Shown in pieces: positions 29,831 through 43,261 of a stretch of 64,000 bases of DNA (position 1 is the first letter of the stretch; every line of letters starts with the position of its first letter). This stretch comes from Octopus vulgaris (lineage: Eukaryota), in the NCBI GenBank assembly GCA_951406725.2, contig OX597823.1:30504001-30568000 (forward strand), given 5' to 3'. Below the pieces are notes generated by a model that had not been told where the DNA came from, ran no database searches, and worked only from the letters and a program-made list of their open reading frames with translations. The translations under genes were made by a program, and so were the position numbers.

Positions 29831-32246
29831 ATCTAAAATACTTTTTTGAAATTGGTTTATTGAAACATACATTGTAAAAACTTTATCAAAAATTAAAGAT
29901 TGTAACGAAAAGTAAAAAAATAAAAAGATACTATTGTTTTTGCAACGATAATATTTCATGCTGAATCAACGATCATCATCATCATCATCATCGTTTAACG
30001 TCCGTTTTCCATGCTGGCATGGGTTGGACGGTTTGACTGAGGTCTGGAGAGCCAGCAGCTGCACCAGGCTCAAATCTGATCTGGCAATGTTTCTACAGCT
30101 TGATGCCCTTCCTAACACCAACCACTCCGAGAGTGAAGTGGGTGCTTTTTACGTCCCATCGACACGGCAGCCAGTGGAGAAGTACTGGCCACAGCTACAA
30201 TATTGGTTTTACTTTATCATTCATTCATTATTGTAATAATAGCAAGACGGCGAGATGGCAAAAACGTTAGGATGTTGAGTGAAATGCTTAGCGGTAGTTC
30301 GTCTGTCTTTACGTTCTGAGTTCAAATTCTGCCGAGATCGACTTTGTCTTTCATCCTTTCGAGGTCGATAAATTAAATACTAGTTGTGTACTGGGGTCGA
30401 TCTAATCGACTGGCTCCCTCCTCAAAAATTTCGGGCCTTGTGCCTAGAGTTGAAAATAATATTGTAATAATAGCATAAGGATTCAAAATGCTTTCAATTC
30501 TTTCAGTATACAAGCGGTCCCAAAAAACTTTCTGTGATTAAAGTTGCCAGCAATGTAATTCGGTCTGGTCAAGCTTGGTCTAGAGCAATGCTCCTCAAAC
30601 TTTTCTTTAGCTATCACCTTTTCTTTTTCTTATACTATCTCAATACCCCACCCTCTCTACGATTCAACGAGATTAAATATACAATATATTACCAATCAGT
30701 TGATCGTCATCAAAAGACAATTTAAACATGGGTCATTTCATCAAAATAATAGGAATGTCAAAACAATGATGTACCAATGTATGAGCATTAAAAGCTGGTG
30801 GTTGAAGGGCCAATACATGCGCTGACAGAGAAGTGCTTGAGAGAAAGTTGGAAGTAGAAAACTTTTTGCTGCTCATGACAGGTACTAGAAGACAATGAAA
30901 ATGAGATTCTACATCCATCTCTGAGAGATAAGTAAAGAACCACTCCACCTCTCCAGTCAATAGGGAATCATTTTTCAAGGTGACCTAAAAGGATGAAGGG
31001 CAAAATGCAGAATGCAAAATGATACATTTAAACACCTCAAGTCATTTTTCAGGTGCTGCAGTGATTCTGCTGCTTTGGTGCCTTTTATTGAACTTGGTGC
31101 TCCAGTTATTTTTAGTACTGCTTTTACTTTCCCTCAACACATTCTGCTTATTTCCATTACAAGATCCTTGAATTTTATAGGCTTCCTGACTTCCAGACAG
31201 GTGTTATTTAGGGTCAAAAGTCAGTTGAGATGTTCAACAGAGTATCACCCTTACTGAATTTCTACTTTCAAAACCATACACAAAGTTTTTATCTTTTTAT
31301 TAAGGAGGGACATGTAGTATCCCTGGCCCTCTACAGAGTCCCAGAGAAAGACAGGGTGGGGGGATAAGGAGGTATCTTCAAACCAGAAACTAGGCCAAAA
31401 TTGGTTCCATTAAAAAGTACTTAAGGTAGCCAGGTTGTGTTTTTAAACCTGACAATAGATTAAGTCAACCACACTAAATATTGAGATATTTTTTTCCTAC
31501 CTGGCACTCTGTTATAGGTGTGGAAAAGGTAAAATTTCTTCAAATTACAAAAATTATTAACAGAAGTAGAGGAAATATACGTGGCACTCTGTTGGTTACA
31601 ATGACATGGGTTCTAGTTGATCCAATCAACAAAACAGCTTGCTCTTGAAATTAACGTGCAAATGGCTGAGCACTCCACAGACACATGTATCCTTAACGTA
31701 GTTCTTGTAGAGATTCAGCATGACACAGAGTGTGACAAGGCTGGCCCTCTGAAATACAGGTACAACAAAAACAGAAAGAAAGAGTGAGAGAAAGTTGTGG
31801 TGAAAGAGTACAGCAGTGTTAGTCACCACCCCCTGCTGGAGCCTTGTGGAGTTTTAGGTATTTTCGCTCAATAAACACTCACAATATCCGGTCTGGGAAT
31901 CAAAACCACAATTCTACAACCATGAGTCCACTGCCCTAACCACTGGGCCATTGCACCTCCACTAGAGGAAATACAGAACTACAGAAATACCCATTAAACA
32001 CTACAATAAAAACATTTTTCGTGTTAATCGAAACAACACTGGAAAATATGAAAATAAATAGAAAAAAAGACAACCCAATAATTCACCAGCCCTTTTTTCT
32101 TTCATATCTGAAATTCTTTTGGAATTCTCTCCTGGCTAATAATTTTCCTTCAAATACCATCTTACAGGTGTAACTGGACAGCAATCACATCACCTTCTCC
32201 AATCTAGGAGAGAGGGTCTAAAGAAAATAAAAATAAAATAAAGAAA

Positions 32247-32640
32247 GGTGTGGTTGTGTGGTAAGTAGCTTGCTTACCAACCACATGGTTCTGGGTTCAG
32301 TCCCACTGCGTAGCATCTTGGGCAAGTGTTTTCTACTATAGCCTCGGGCTGACCAAAGCCTTGTGAGTGGATTTGGTAGATGGAAATTGAAAGCTCGTCA
32401 TATATATGTATATATGTATTTATATGTTTGTGTTTGTGTGTGTTTGTTCCCCACCATCACTTGACAATCAATGTTGGTGTGTTTACATCCCCATAAATTA
32501 GTGGTTTGGCAAAAGAGACGGGTAGAATAAGTACTAAGGCTTACAAAGAATAAGTCTTGGAGTCATTTTGTTCGATGAAAGGCTGTGCTCCAGCATGGTC
32601 GCAGTCAAATGACTGAAACAAGCGAAAGAATTAAAGAATA
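32247..32640 (+). mobile_element. SINE family 'O', full-length copy with CpG decay
   Basis: Collinear with the 9.4-kb and 48-kb copies. Confidence 0.9.
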
Positions 32641-32846
32641 AACTAATTCAACAAGAAAAGGTTTAATATTGAGCTTTATTGAAAATACAAAGAAGAGTTA
32701 CCTAAAGGGAGAGAATCATGTCCATAGATTATGATAAGATACATCGAATATATGGAGGACTTGCTATCACATAGATTAACAACTGATAATATAATTCTGG
32801 TGCCTTAACAGCTTCCATTCGGGTTGAATTGAGGGAGATTCTACTC

Positions 32847-33061
32847 TAGCGGTTCTCAACAGTAGCTCTCAGGGAAACATGTGACTCTCAAGCATCCTTC
32901 TAGTGGCTCCCAATGGTCTTCCCTCTATAAATATAACACTTCTTTTTTAAGTGATTTGTTTTTTGTTTTTTTTTTGGTGCACCCTCCCACGACCACCACC
33001 ACTAAAAAAAAATGCAGGTTTTGGATCTGTCCCAGATATTAAAAAGAGTTGAGAACAGCTG
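32847..33061. mobile_element. hAT/Charlie-type MITE
   Basis: TIRs (t)agcggttctcaac and gttgagaacagctg, with imperfect 8-bp flanks ttctactc and ttctacag. Confidence 0.7.
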
Positions 33062-34955
33062 TTCTACAGTCATTTCACCTGATAGAAATAGCAGCTAAAT
33101 GTCCATAAAATTAGACCCTAGTATGAAGAAAGAGAAGAAGGAGGTGAATCAGATGGGTTTGAAGAGAGGAGCCAAAACTAGTTATAGCAGAGGTGGATGC
33201 GACATGAAGAGGGTATCACTACATCAATGTGGCTAAGTTGATTTATTTTAACTACATTACATGATGATGAGGTCTTGGTCATTGTTTTGTAAAAGGACTT
33301 GCAAAACAGTAAGATCTTGAACTTTCACTAATCCAGTTACAGCTTACCAAGGAATTCCTCCTGCACAAATCTAGGGTCACGTCTCACTGGAGTGCTTCAG
33401 TATATACAAACCCAAGGCGACCTCTCTCCATGGAGACTTAGCATACATAGGTAGTCTTTGTCACAGGTGTTTCATCACTCCAAGGAAGTTCAAAATATCA
33501 AAAGACAAAGCAAACTCATGCCTCACCAGGAAGACTCAATATGTACTCACATCTCATCAGAGTGACTCAACAAACACAAATCCAGGCTCAATAAACAAAA
33601 TTAGTCCCACTTCTCAACAGGGAAGCTCAATATAGACAAAGCCAATCTCATTTCTTATCGACAAGCAATTTTAATTTGAAATTCTTAAGAATGTTTAACA
33701 ATTAAAAAATATAACAAAATATACATAAATGTAAGACCATTAACAAACGAGAGAGAGAAAACCATTAAAATACCAACTTAGTTGACATTTGCTAATTCTT
33801 TCAACATTTCCACAGTAATACCCTGCCCCAACCAACCAACATCTTTACATTATTTCTGTTCTAAAATGAATGTGATAATATAAATGTTGAAGCCATTAAT
33901 GTAACAGTCAGAAGATGCTTTTCCTAATGCTAAACCCCAGACTGTAAGGTTATGGAATCTATATTTCATGAATCTTGTTGCTTTTAGCAGAGAAATGACT
34001 TTGTTTAGAAGATTTAGAATTAGGTCTCAATCAGATGTAATTCGAAATATTGTTGTACTATGACTCAGAAGTGGGAAAATCTCAAATCCTTCATCGGTTT
34101 AAATAGAGTTGAATCAGTATTTTACAACCAAGTCACCTATTCGTTGTATAATAACAGGACTAAGTAAGCATATGCCAATCAAGAACCCCTAGCACTTTTT
34201 TACTCAGAAAAATTATTGTAGTTACTTTGAGGGACTTCCCAAAACAAACACACAGCTGAACTGGTCCTTTGAAAAGAAGAGATCCTAAATAAACAAGAGG
34301 GTTAAAGATTTTTCTTCTCTTCACTGCAATGAAATTCCTATTGTGCAAGAGATGACATGCACACCCCTTCCAGACCATTTTTAATGAGTATGTGTGAGTA
34401 GAGGGTAATGCTCAAGCATTCTCTTATATTGAATAAGTGTTAAGTTATGCAATCAGTCAAAAACAAACAATTTACACAAACACACACACACACACGTGTT
34501 ATATATATATATATATTATAACAAAAATTTTATATCTTGGACATAGAGTTACCCAAGGTTTTACATCCACAAAGCAAAGCCTTGTGGACAGTTCGTAATA
34601 ATTACTGCTCTATTCCCTAGAGTGTACTTTTTTCTGTTATATGCTTTTTTATTAACTAATATATATATACATATATATATATGTATGTATATATAGTATG
34701 TGTGTGATGATAGTAGAGGGTAACTAATCTCAAAAATGCATCATTCTTTCTTTTTCTTTCTCTCTGGAAAGCCAAGCAAATTACAAATTTATAGTTGATT
34801 CGGTCACCTCCAGTATGTAATCAATATTCATTTTATTGATTCTGTACCAATTGATGACACAAAATCAACTGCAAAGGAATTAGTACTCAGAATGTCAACA
34901 GATAGAACCAAAATACTGTATTGTATTTTGTCCACCATGGTTTCAGCAACTGAAT

Positions 34956-34993
<38 letters not shown>

Positions 34994-35267
34994 GTATTTA
35001 AAGTCAGAACATAAAAGGATGTATATAAATAACACGAGATACTATGTTCAATGTGCTATAGAATACTTCAAACTACTTATACATACATATATATATATAT
35101 ATATATGAGAACATTTGGTAAACAAGCTGGAATTTGAGAGACACAGGGTTCGATTCTCTGCAGAGATGCTTTCTGGCCACTGTTTCTTTATCTTCTAAAA
35201 TATTTACCCAGTTTTCTAAGCTGTCTTCACAGCCATCTCACATTCAAGAATTTCTTTATTTTCTATA

Positions 35268-35313
<46 letters not shown>

Positions 35314-38300
35314 ACACAATATTCCTGTGGGCTTCAACTGACCACATGGAATACTGTTGACTCTTGGAAGTAATTTGCAGACATCACAGAGGTTTCTAGA
35401 AGAGAAAGAGGCGACAGCAATACAAACACATTACATTCAAAACTGCAGCAGATCATTTAATGTGTTAATACTATTACATGTCACTCAGCTGATGTGTCTT
35501 TTGATAAAATGAGGTGCATTGTGTGGTTAAGGAACTTACTTCACAGCCACATGGTTTCAAGTTCAATTCAAAGATATAACACATTGGGAAAGTAATTTTT
35601 TCTATAGCCCCAGACTCACCAATGACTTATGAGTAAAGATGTTCTACAGAAACTGTTGAAAGCCAATCGTGTGTGTGTGTAAGTGCTTAATTATTCTTTT
35701 CTACTCTAGGCACAAGGCTCAAAACTTGGGGGAAGGAGGCCAGTCGATTGGATCGACCCCAGTATGCAGTTGGTACTTAATTTATTAAACCCAAAAAGGA
35801 TGAAAGGCAAAGTCAACCTCGGCAGAATTCGAACTCACAATGTAAAGACAGACAAAATACTAAGCATTTCGCTCAACATGCTAACATTTCTGCCAGCTCA
35901 CTGCCCTAGGTGCTTGATTGTTGCTTAAGTGACGACACTGGAAGTTGTGGCATGTCAATAGTGATATCATGTCTCGGTTCATTGTTGATGTTATAACTGG
36001 CAGTTCTATAGTTTTGAAGATTTGTGCAGTAAAAATCCCTTATTTGGAAAACAGGGAAAGGATTCATGACAAGAAGAACGCCTGGCCATAAGCATCGTGC
36101 CACAACTGATTCAGTCATCCAACCCATGCTTGCATAGAATAACAAATGTGGAATGAATGAATGAATGAATGAATACCAGACAGACGGACAGAAAATAGAG
36201 ATACAGAGGGGGAGATGTAAGTAGTAGTAGTAGGAGTAATATCCTTAATCCTAAAGCTTAGATGTCTGTAAATCAAAAATAAAGTACTTGGTGTATTTGA
36301 AGGCAGTGTGTGTGATTTTATATTTGTATCAGAAATAAACACCTGTGTGATTTGTAAACCTAAAACGCTCAGGAATGTTTGTAGAAGTATTTGTGTATTA
36401 TGGGAAAGTAATCATCCAGCCATGTCACTAGAAACAGTGATGCCCAACTCACTCGAATTTCCGGACCTTGCGTCAAAATTTGAAACCATTATTATTATTA
36501 TTATACTCCTTAAAGCAGCAATGTGAAGCTAAAATACATAACAGCTCTAGTAGCATCAATGCATACTTAGTGTGGTAACACAGAATGGTAGCATTGGAAG
36601 ATGACACCTCACTGAAATCGACTTTACCTTTCATCCAGGATCGATATAAACTTGCGGGCCTTGCGTCAAAATTTTAAAACCATTATATTACTATGATTAT
36701 AATTATTAAACTTCTTAAAGCAAAAATTCGTTAGATCAGTCCTAGGCCAAAGGTTCGCATACAGACATCGCCAATAAAATTAGTTTCGAGAGTTCTCTCC
36801 CTTGCAAGAATACCTTCCCATTCATTATTTGCTGTCACTGGCTTTTCGTTGGCGATGTAATTTTTGTGAAACATTTTTGGGTTCACTGCCTAATGTGTAA
36901 TTACTTACACCAAATGCACACACAACACAAATATACACAGGGGACTGTAATGGGTTGCTGTGGTGGTGATAAGGTGTTAATGGGCTGTGGTAGTTTTTGT
37001 AAATAGTAAAGAGTTGGTGGTGAACAATGTTATGTATTATAATGAATTGAAATTAAAACAAAATACCATGATTTAACACGAGCACCTTAGTACAAATAAT
37101 TGTCGTCGAGCTATACTGCAGCTACAATAACCACCATAACTACCAACAACAAACGTCACAAATTAAGAAGGAATAAACATCAATTACCTTCTTTTTTTCG
37201 TTCAGGTTTTCTCTCAACCATTGCGTTATTTCCCTTAAGCATGACATTCAAGGCTGATAGCAACGTAGTATTCCATTAACCAGATATATGCTTGCAGTTG
37301 AGGATTCACCTCATCGTCATAACATCTACTTTTCCAAGCATGTAAGGGGTCAAATGGAGTTCGAGGTAGATTTCCAACAGCCGAAGCCCTTCCTTGTGCC
37401 AACCCTCACCCATTTCCAAGCAAGAGATAACATTCCCCATAGCCAGACATGTTTTCTTAGAAAAGTGGTAATAAATGGCATTGCCTCTATGTTTAACAGT
37501 GACACTCATTCAAATATCAAGCAATGTCAAGTCAAAGAGAAACGAATATACGCGTCCTTTGTTGGTCAAAAGTCAACCGACAGTAAATCAAAATTCCATA
37601 AATATTTAATATTCAATTTTATTTATTCATATTTAATAATTGAATGCTGTGAGTTAAAATCACCGTTTTGTTTTTTTTTAATAATTTTTTGCTTTAATCT
37701 TGATTTATTGTCAGGTGACTTTTGGTCAAACCTGTATAAACGACAGACTTTTTGCAGTTTCTCTCTATCAAATCCACTCACAAGGCTTTGGTTTCCTAGG
37801 TCCATAACAAGACACTTCAGGTGTTACACACCTTACACATGGCCAGGTTTCAGATATTTGAGTACAGAATAACAAAAATGGTCTCGCAATCTTTGATACA
37901 CTCTGATGGTTTGGGGGTTTATCAGCAGGAAGTGACACTACAAAGAGGCATTGAGTGAGTAAGGGAACAAACAACTAGAGAAATAGGGAGTTACTAACTT
38001 GGGTCGGATAAATTAGTTGCAGAATAGAGAATTCCCTTCTTTGGAAAATATAGACAAAAGTAATAGGAGAGAGAACAGTTACTGAGCTAAGGAGTAAACA
38101 TGAGTTATTCCACCAAGTAGTTGTTGAGCAAAGTGTTGTTAGAATAAGAATAACTGAATTGGTATGCTGCAGGAACAATATATTGGGGGGGGGAGGGGTA
38201 AGATTGTCCACTTCCAGTCTTCTGTAAAAAAAAAAAACATGTGGTCATGAGAAAATATTACCTTACTTGGAAATAGGTGAAGGTTGTTGAGAGGAAGGGC

Positions 38301-38949
38301 ACCTGGTCATGGAGAATCTGCTTCGTCAATTTCTTTATGACCCATGCAAGCATGGGAAAGTGGGGGTTAAATAATCGTGGTATATAAGATGCCATAGAGT
38401 CTAAAAGAATTTGCAGCTATCAGTGAGCTTGGGTGCCATAGAGTGCAAAGAAAAATTTTGGCTTCCAGAAACAGGCCCTTCATGTTGCTATAGTTACTGG
38501 CAAAACAGTAGCCATATTCAGTTTACTGATATTTGAATTCCAAAACAACACACATCTTAGTAATATCAACATTTTATTGGGTTTTCCAAATGTTTTTAAA
38601 GAGCTTACACTAACAAAAGAAAAAAAAAGAATTGAATGACTGTTATGATGGTGGGGATGTAGGGGTGGTGGGGTATAGGGTGGTGCGGGTGATGTTATTG
38701 GTGAGGTTTGGCACCGCAAAACAACACTTACCTGTTACTATCAGTCATTCAATTCTACAAGGAATGTTAGGAAAATTGGAATAGGTTTTCTTGTCATTTT
38801 GTTGTTGCTGTTGTTCAGAAATGAAATTGTCACCACCCCAATTATCATCATCATCATCATCGCCATATATGTTGAAAAAAAAAACTTTAAAATCTTATAT
38901 ATGGATACAAAAATAATATCAACAAAATATATAAAGCAATGACCAAAAC

Positions 38950-39315
38950 TATATATATGTGTGTGTGTGTGTATATATATACACATATATATATATATAT
39001 ACACACACACATATATGTATTATATATATATGTATTATATATATGTGTGTGTATGTGTGTATATATGTGTGTGTGTGTATGTGTATATATATGTGTGTAT
39101 GTATATATGTGTATGTATGTATATATATATATATGTGTATATGTATATGTGTATATATATATGTGTATATGTATATATATGTGTATGTATGTATATATAT
39201 ATATGTGTGTGTGTATGTATATATGTGTGTGTGTGTATGTATATATATATATGTGTGTATGTATATATATTATATATATTTATACACACACAAATATACA
39301 TATAAGAGAGAGAGA
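38950..39315. repeat. Mixed (TA)n/(TG)n low-complexity tract
   Basis: Directly visible. Confidence 0.9.
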
Positions 39316-39619
39316 TCAAGTGCCAAGGTATGTAGAAGAACAAATAAGTAAAATATAAAAGGATATGAGCTTGATTATTAATCAGATTAATTACTAATAA
39401 TGAAGGTAAATGTTTCTAAGGCTCCTAGGAGCTTTGAAGAGCCATAACAAGACTGTAACATCATTATATTTACATAGATAAGAGAGAAATCTCCTGATTA
39501 GGATCCTGATCTGTCACAAATAACTTCACCAGAAAACAAATATTGTTTTAAGTGCGATGTAATTAACTGAATTGACCCATCACAACCACACACCAAAATA
39601 TTATTGGTGATAATAATAA

Positions 39620-42180
39620 TCCTTCTTACTAAAAAAAAAACACCTGAAATTTGGCAAGGAAGGGGTTAAGTTGATTACATTGAAACCCTAGTATGCAACT
39701 GGTATCTATTTTTATCCCCTGAAAGGATAAAAGGCAAAGTTGATCTGAGCAAAATCAATAATAATAATCTATTCTACTAAAGGCTCAAGGCCTGAAATTT
39801 TGGGGGAAGGGGGACTAGTCAATTACATCAACCCCAGTGTTTCACTGGTACTTAATTTATTCACCCCAAAAGGCTGAAAGGCAAAGACGATCTCGGTGGA
39901 ATTTGAACTCAGAACACAGTGGCAGGCAAAATACCGCTAAACATTTTGCCCAGCATGCTAATGATTCTGCCAGCTTACTGCCTTAATAATGATATTAATA
40001 ATAGCTTTAACTTATTTCTGGCAGAAGGCCAGCAATTCTGAGGGGACAAGGGTTAAGTCAACATCATCAACCCCAGCACTAGACTGATACTTTATTTCAT
40101 CTCGCCTGGAAGAAAAAAAAAAAAAAAAACCAAGGTTGATCCCAACAGGATTTGAACTCAGAATGTGAAGAGCTGAAACTATATACTGCAAAGTATTTTT
40201 GCTGACACTAATAATAATATAACAACAACAATAATTAAAACCACAACAAATAATAGAATTCAGAGGGTCAAACACAATTAACAGAAAAAAAGCTGATTTT
40301 AATTAATAATAACTATCATTATTTATAACTTTGGTACAAGGCTGTATATAATTCTGTAGAGAAATAGTGTATCAACCCCAATATATGAATGGTATTTATT
40401 TTATCAACCCCAACGTGAAGGAGTATAAAGTAAATTTCAGCTCACCACAAAAAGTGACGCAACTATATGTAACACATTTTATTTGGTAAAACCAATACAT
40501 GTAGCATTACCAAATTGTCTGGCACCACCAGTTATTTTTCATTTTTTCTACTTCAGGATGGGGAGTACCAGGGTACCAGTGTTGTAATCTATTAGTTCAC
40601 TTAGTAACTATGATATTCAAATTTTTTGAGTTCACAAAACAGGTTATAAGACCACAGATGTCGAGAGAAGTTATTACAGACAATAAAATCGACCCAAGTA
40701 TTTGATTGGTGCTTTATTCCTTCCATTCCAGAGGGATTAATAACAACAATAATGACAAAAAAATTTACCTTGGAATTATTTTTAAAATAAAATAAAAGAA
40801 AAATAGGAATCATTGATACAGTTGATAATGATGATAATAATTATTATTATTTTCAAATTTTTGCTACAAGGGCAGCTTGTGGGAGATGGGGATGAGTCGA
40901 CTACATCAACCCCAGTGTTCAACTGGTACTCATTTCATCAACCCCAGAAAGGATGAAAAGCAAAGTCAACCTCGGTGGAATTTGAACTCGGAATTTAACA
41001 ACAGGCAAAATACTGCTAAGCATTTCGTCCAGCGTGTTAACAATTCTGCCAGCTCACCACCTTAAAATAATAATAATAATAATAATAATGATCCTTTCTA
41101 TTGAAGGAACAAGGCCTTGAAATTTTGTGGGGAATGGGACTAGTCAATAACATCGACCCCAGTGTTTCACTAGTACTTAATTTATCAACCCCGAAAGAAT
41201 GAAAGGCAAAGTGAACCTCGGTGGAATTTGAACTCAGAATGTAGTGACGAGCAAAATACTACTAAGTATTTCGTCCAGTATGTTAACGATTCTGCCAGCT
41301 CACCACCTTAAAATAATAATAATAAGGTTGTTGTTGATGTTACAAGAATATAGAAACACCAAGAATGTGAAATAATTTTTAGGAACAGTGATTCTTGAAG
41401 CAAATAAAAAGCCTTTAATAACAATATGTAAATGAAGGATCAAAATCCTTTTAGACAGAGAAAGTTGGAGGAAGCCTTCAACTTTTTCAACCCAAAGGGT
41501 TTCAAACTAAATAATTGCAGGTTAGTATTTTTAGCTTTCTAGCTTCAAGATTCACTGTTCCTAAAAAGAATAACAATTGTTTTTGATTTAGGTACAGGGC
41601 CAGCAATTTTGAGGAGGGAGGTAAGTTGCTATGCCAACCCCAGTACTTGACTGGTACTTTATTTTGTCAAGCCGTAGAGGCATGAGAAGGCAAAAGTTGG
41701 CCCCCAGTGAGATTTGAATTCAGAATTTAAAAGAGTTGAAAAAAAAAGAAAGAAAAAATGCAAGGCAGTTTTCCCTAACATTGTAATGATTCTGCTAATC
41801 TCACCGTTTCTAACACAGGCACAAGGCCACAAGTCTGAAGGTGACGGGGAAGAAAAGGGTATATACAGCCGACTCAAACTGAGGATGAAAGGTAAACTGG
41901 AGCCCTGCAGAATTTCAACTCAATAATAATAATCTTTTCTATTATAGGCACAAGGCCTGAAATTCTGGGGGGAAGGGGACTAGTTGATTACATCGACCCC
42001 AGTATGCAACTGGTACTTAATTTATCAACCCCGAAAGGATGAAAGGCAAAGTCGACCTCGGTGGAATTTGAACTCAGAACATAGTGACGGGCGAAATACT
42101 GACGGGCGAAATACTGACGGGCGAAATACTGCTAAGCATTTCATCCGGTGTGCTAACGATTCTGCCAGCTCGCCACCTTA
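39620..42180 (-). mobile_element. Cluster of about 9-10 co-oriented family 'N' SINEs immediately downstream of the WBP2 stop codon
   Basis: Copies at about 39620, 39770, 40010, 40335, 40650, 40855, 41090, 41585, 41810 and 41930. All have the same orientation and most are separated by (AAT)n. Confidence 0.85.
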
Positions 42181-42392
42181 ACGATAATATTAATAATAAT
42201 AATAATAACAATAACTGAAATTAATACTGTGAATAACAGTTGTAAATATAAATATATATATTTATATATTTCAGGTTCAACATTATAATTGTGCTTAAAA
42301 TATCAAGGTTTGTCTTTTTTTGTTAGGTATTGTTTCATGTTTTCTTTTCCTTCTCAACCCCCCCATCCTGAGTCCAGTTCTTCTGTAACACA

Positions 42393-42520
42393 TCAGTTGG
42401 TCTTCTTGCCAATCTCGGAGTAAGGTGGTGGTGGTTCACTAGGACTCGGCATGTACACATTGTGAGGGTTAGCAGGGTTGTAGTAGGCACTTGACGCTGC
42501 TGCTTCTCGAGCTTTGGCAT
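42393..42520 (-). CDS. WBP2: WBP2-like last coding exon: (D)[41 protein letters not shown]
   Basis: ttctgttccaccag acceptor, phase 1, TGA at 42393-42395. Closely resembles the vertebrate WBP2 C-terminus ([23 protein letters not shown]...PPPPY...KKT). The ORF track shows a different frame here. Confidence 0.95.
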
Positions 42521-43007
42521 CTGGTGGAACAGAAAGAAATCAATTCATCAATAAACCAACATTTCATCAATTCTATACAACAGGGGTCATAAACCATCAG
42601 GCTGCTGACCGATGCAGGGCCATGGATCATTTGGGATTAGGCCTCACAGAACGAATACATTTTTTTTAAAATTCAATTTTTATTTTCAGTATCAGAGCCA
42701 CTGAAGTTTGTAGAGGAATCTAACCAGTAGCATTTAGCTTCCTCTGCTAATTCTTGTTTATTTACCTGTAAGAATTACAATATTCTGATTCATTCCATAG
42801 TCAGGTATTTGAGGATTCTAACCCCACCCCATGGCACCCGTGCAGGTGGCACATAAATGCACGCATTACACTCTCGGAAGGGTTGGCGTTTGGAAGGGCA
42901 TCCAGACTGGAGGCTTGCGCAGCCTTCCAACTTACCAGCCCGGTCAAACCATCCAAATCATGCCAGCATGGACAACGGACATTAAATGATGATGATAATA
43001 TATATAG

Positions 43008-43038
<31 letters not shown>

Positions 43039-43199
43039 CACGATGGGCTTCTTTCAGTTTCTGTCTACCAAATCCACTCACAAGGTTCTGGTTGGCCCGA
43101 GGCTATAGTAGAAGACACTTGCCCAAGGTGCCATTCAGAGGGGGACTGAATCTGGAACCATGTGGTTGGGAAGCAAACTTCTTACCACACAGCCTCGCT

Positions 43200-43261
<62 letters not shown>

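Noticed and set aside
34031-34096. Possible C/D-box snoRNA on the minus strand (cGATGA...CTGA...CTGA)
   Set aside because: Imperfect C box, no terminal stem, and no guide target I can recognise.
37235-37450. Minus-strand frame of about 71 codons with a single in-frame TGA (selenocysteine or readthrough?)
   Set aside because: No recognisable protein family, SECIS element or antizyme-type shift context. It is plausible by chance.
37288-37872. 194-aa plus-strand ORF
   Set aside because: No recognisable domain, and it runs through AT-rich sequence into a SINE fragment.
42085-42131. Short direct-repeat arrays (tgacgggcgaaatac x3; also 60120-60178) as CRISPR-like
   Set aside because: These are slippage duplications inside SINEs, with no unique spacers, in a eukaryotic context.
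42335-42520. ORF-track protein [10 protein letters not shown]...
   Set aside because: Wrong frame. The spliced phase-1 frame gives the WBP2 C-terminus.
42700-42766. Possible alternative terminal WBP2 exon (ttacag|GTAAATAA)
   Set aside because: Only an acceptor-like sequence followed by an immediate stop, with no other support.
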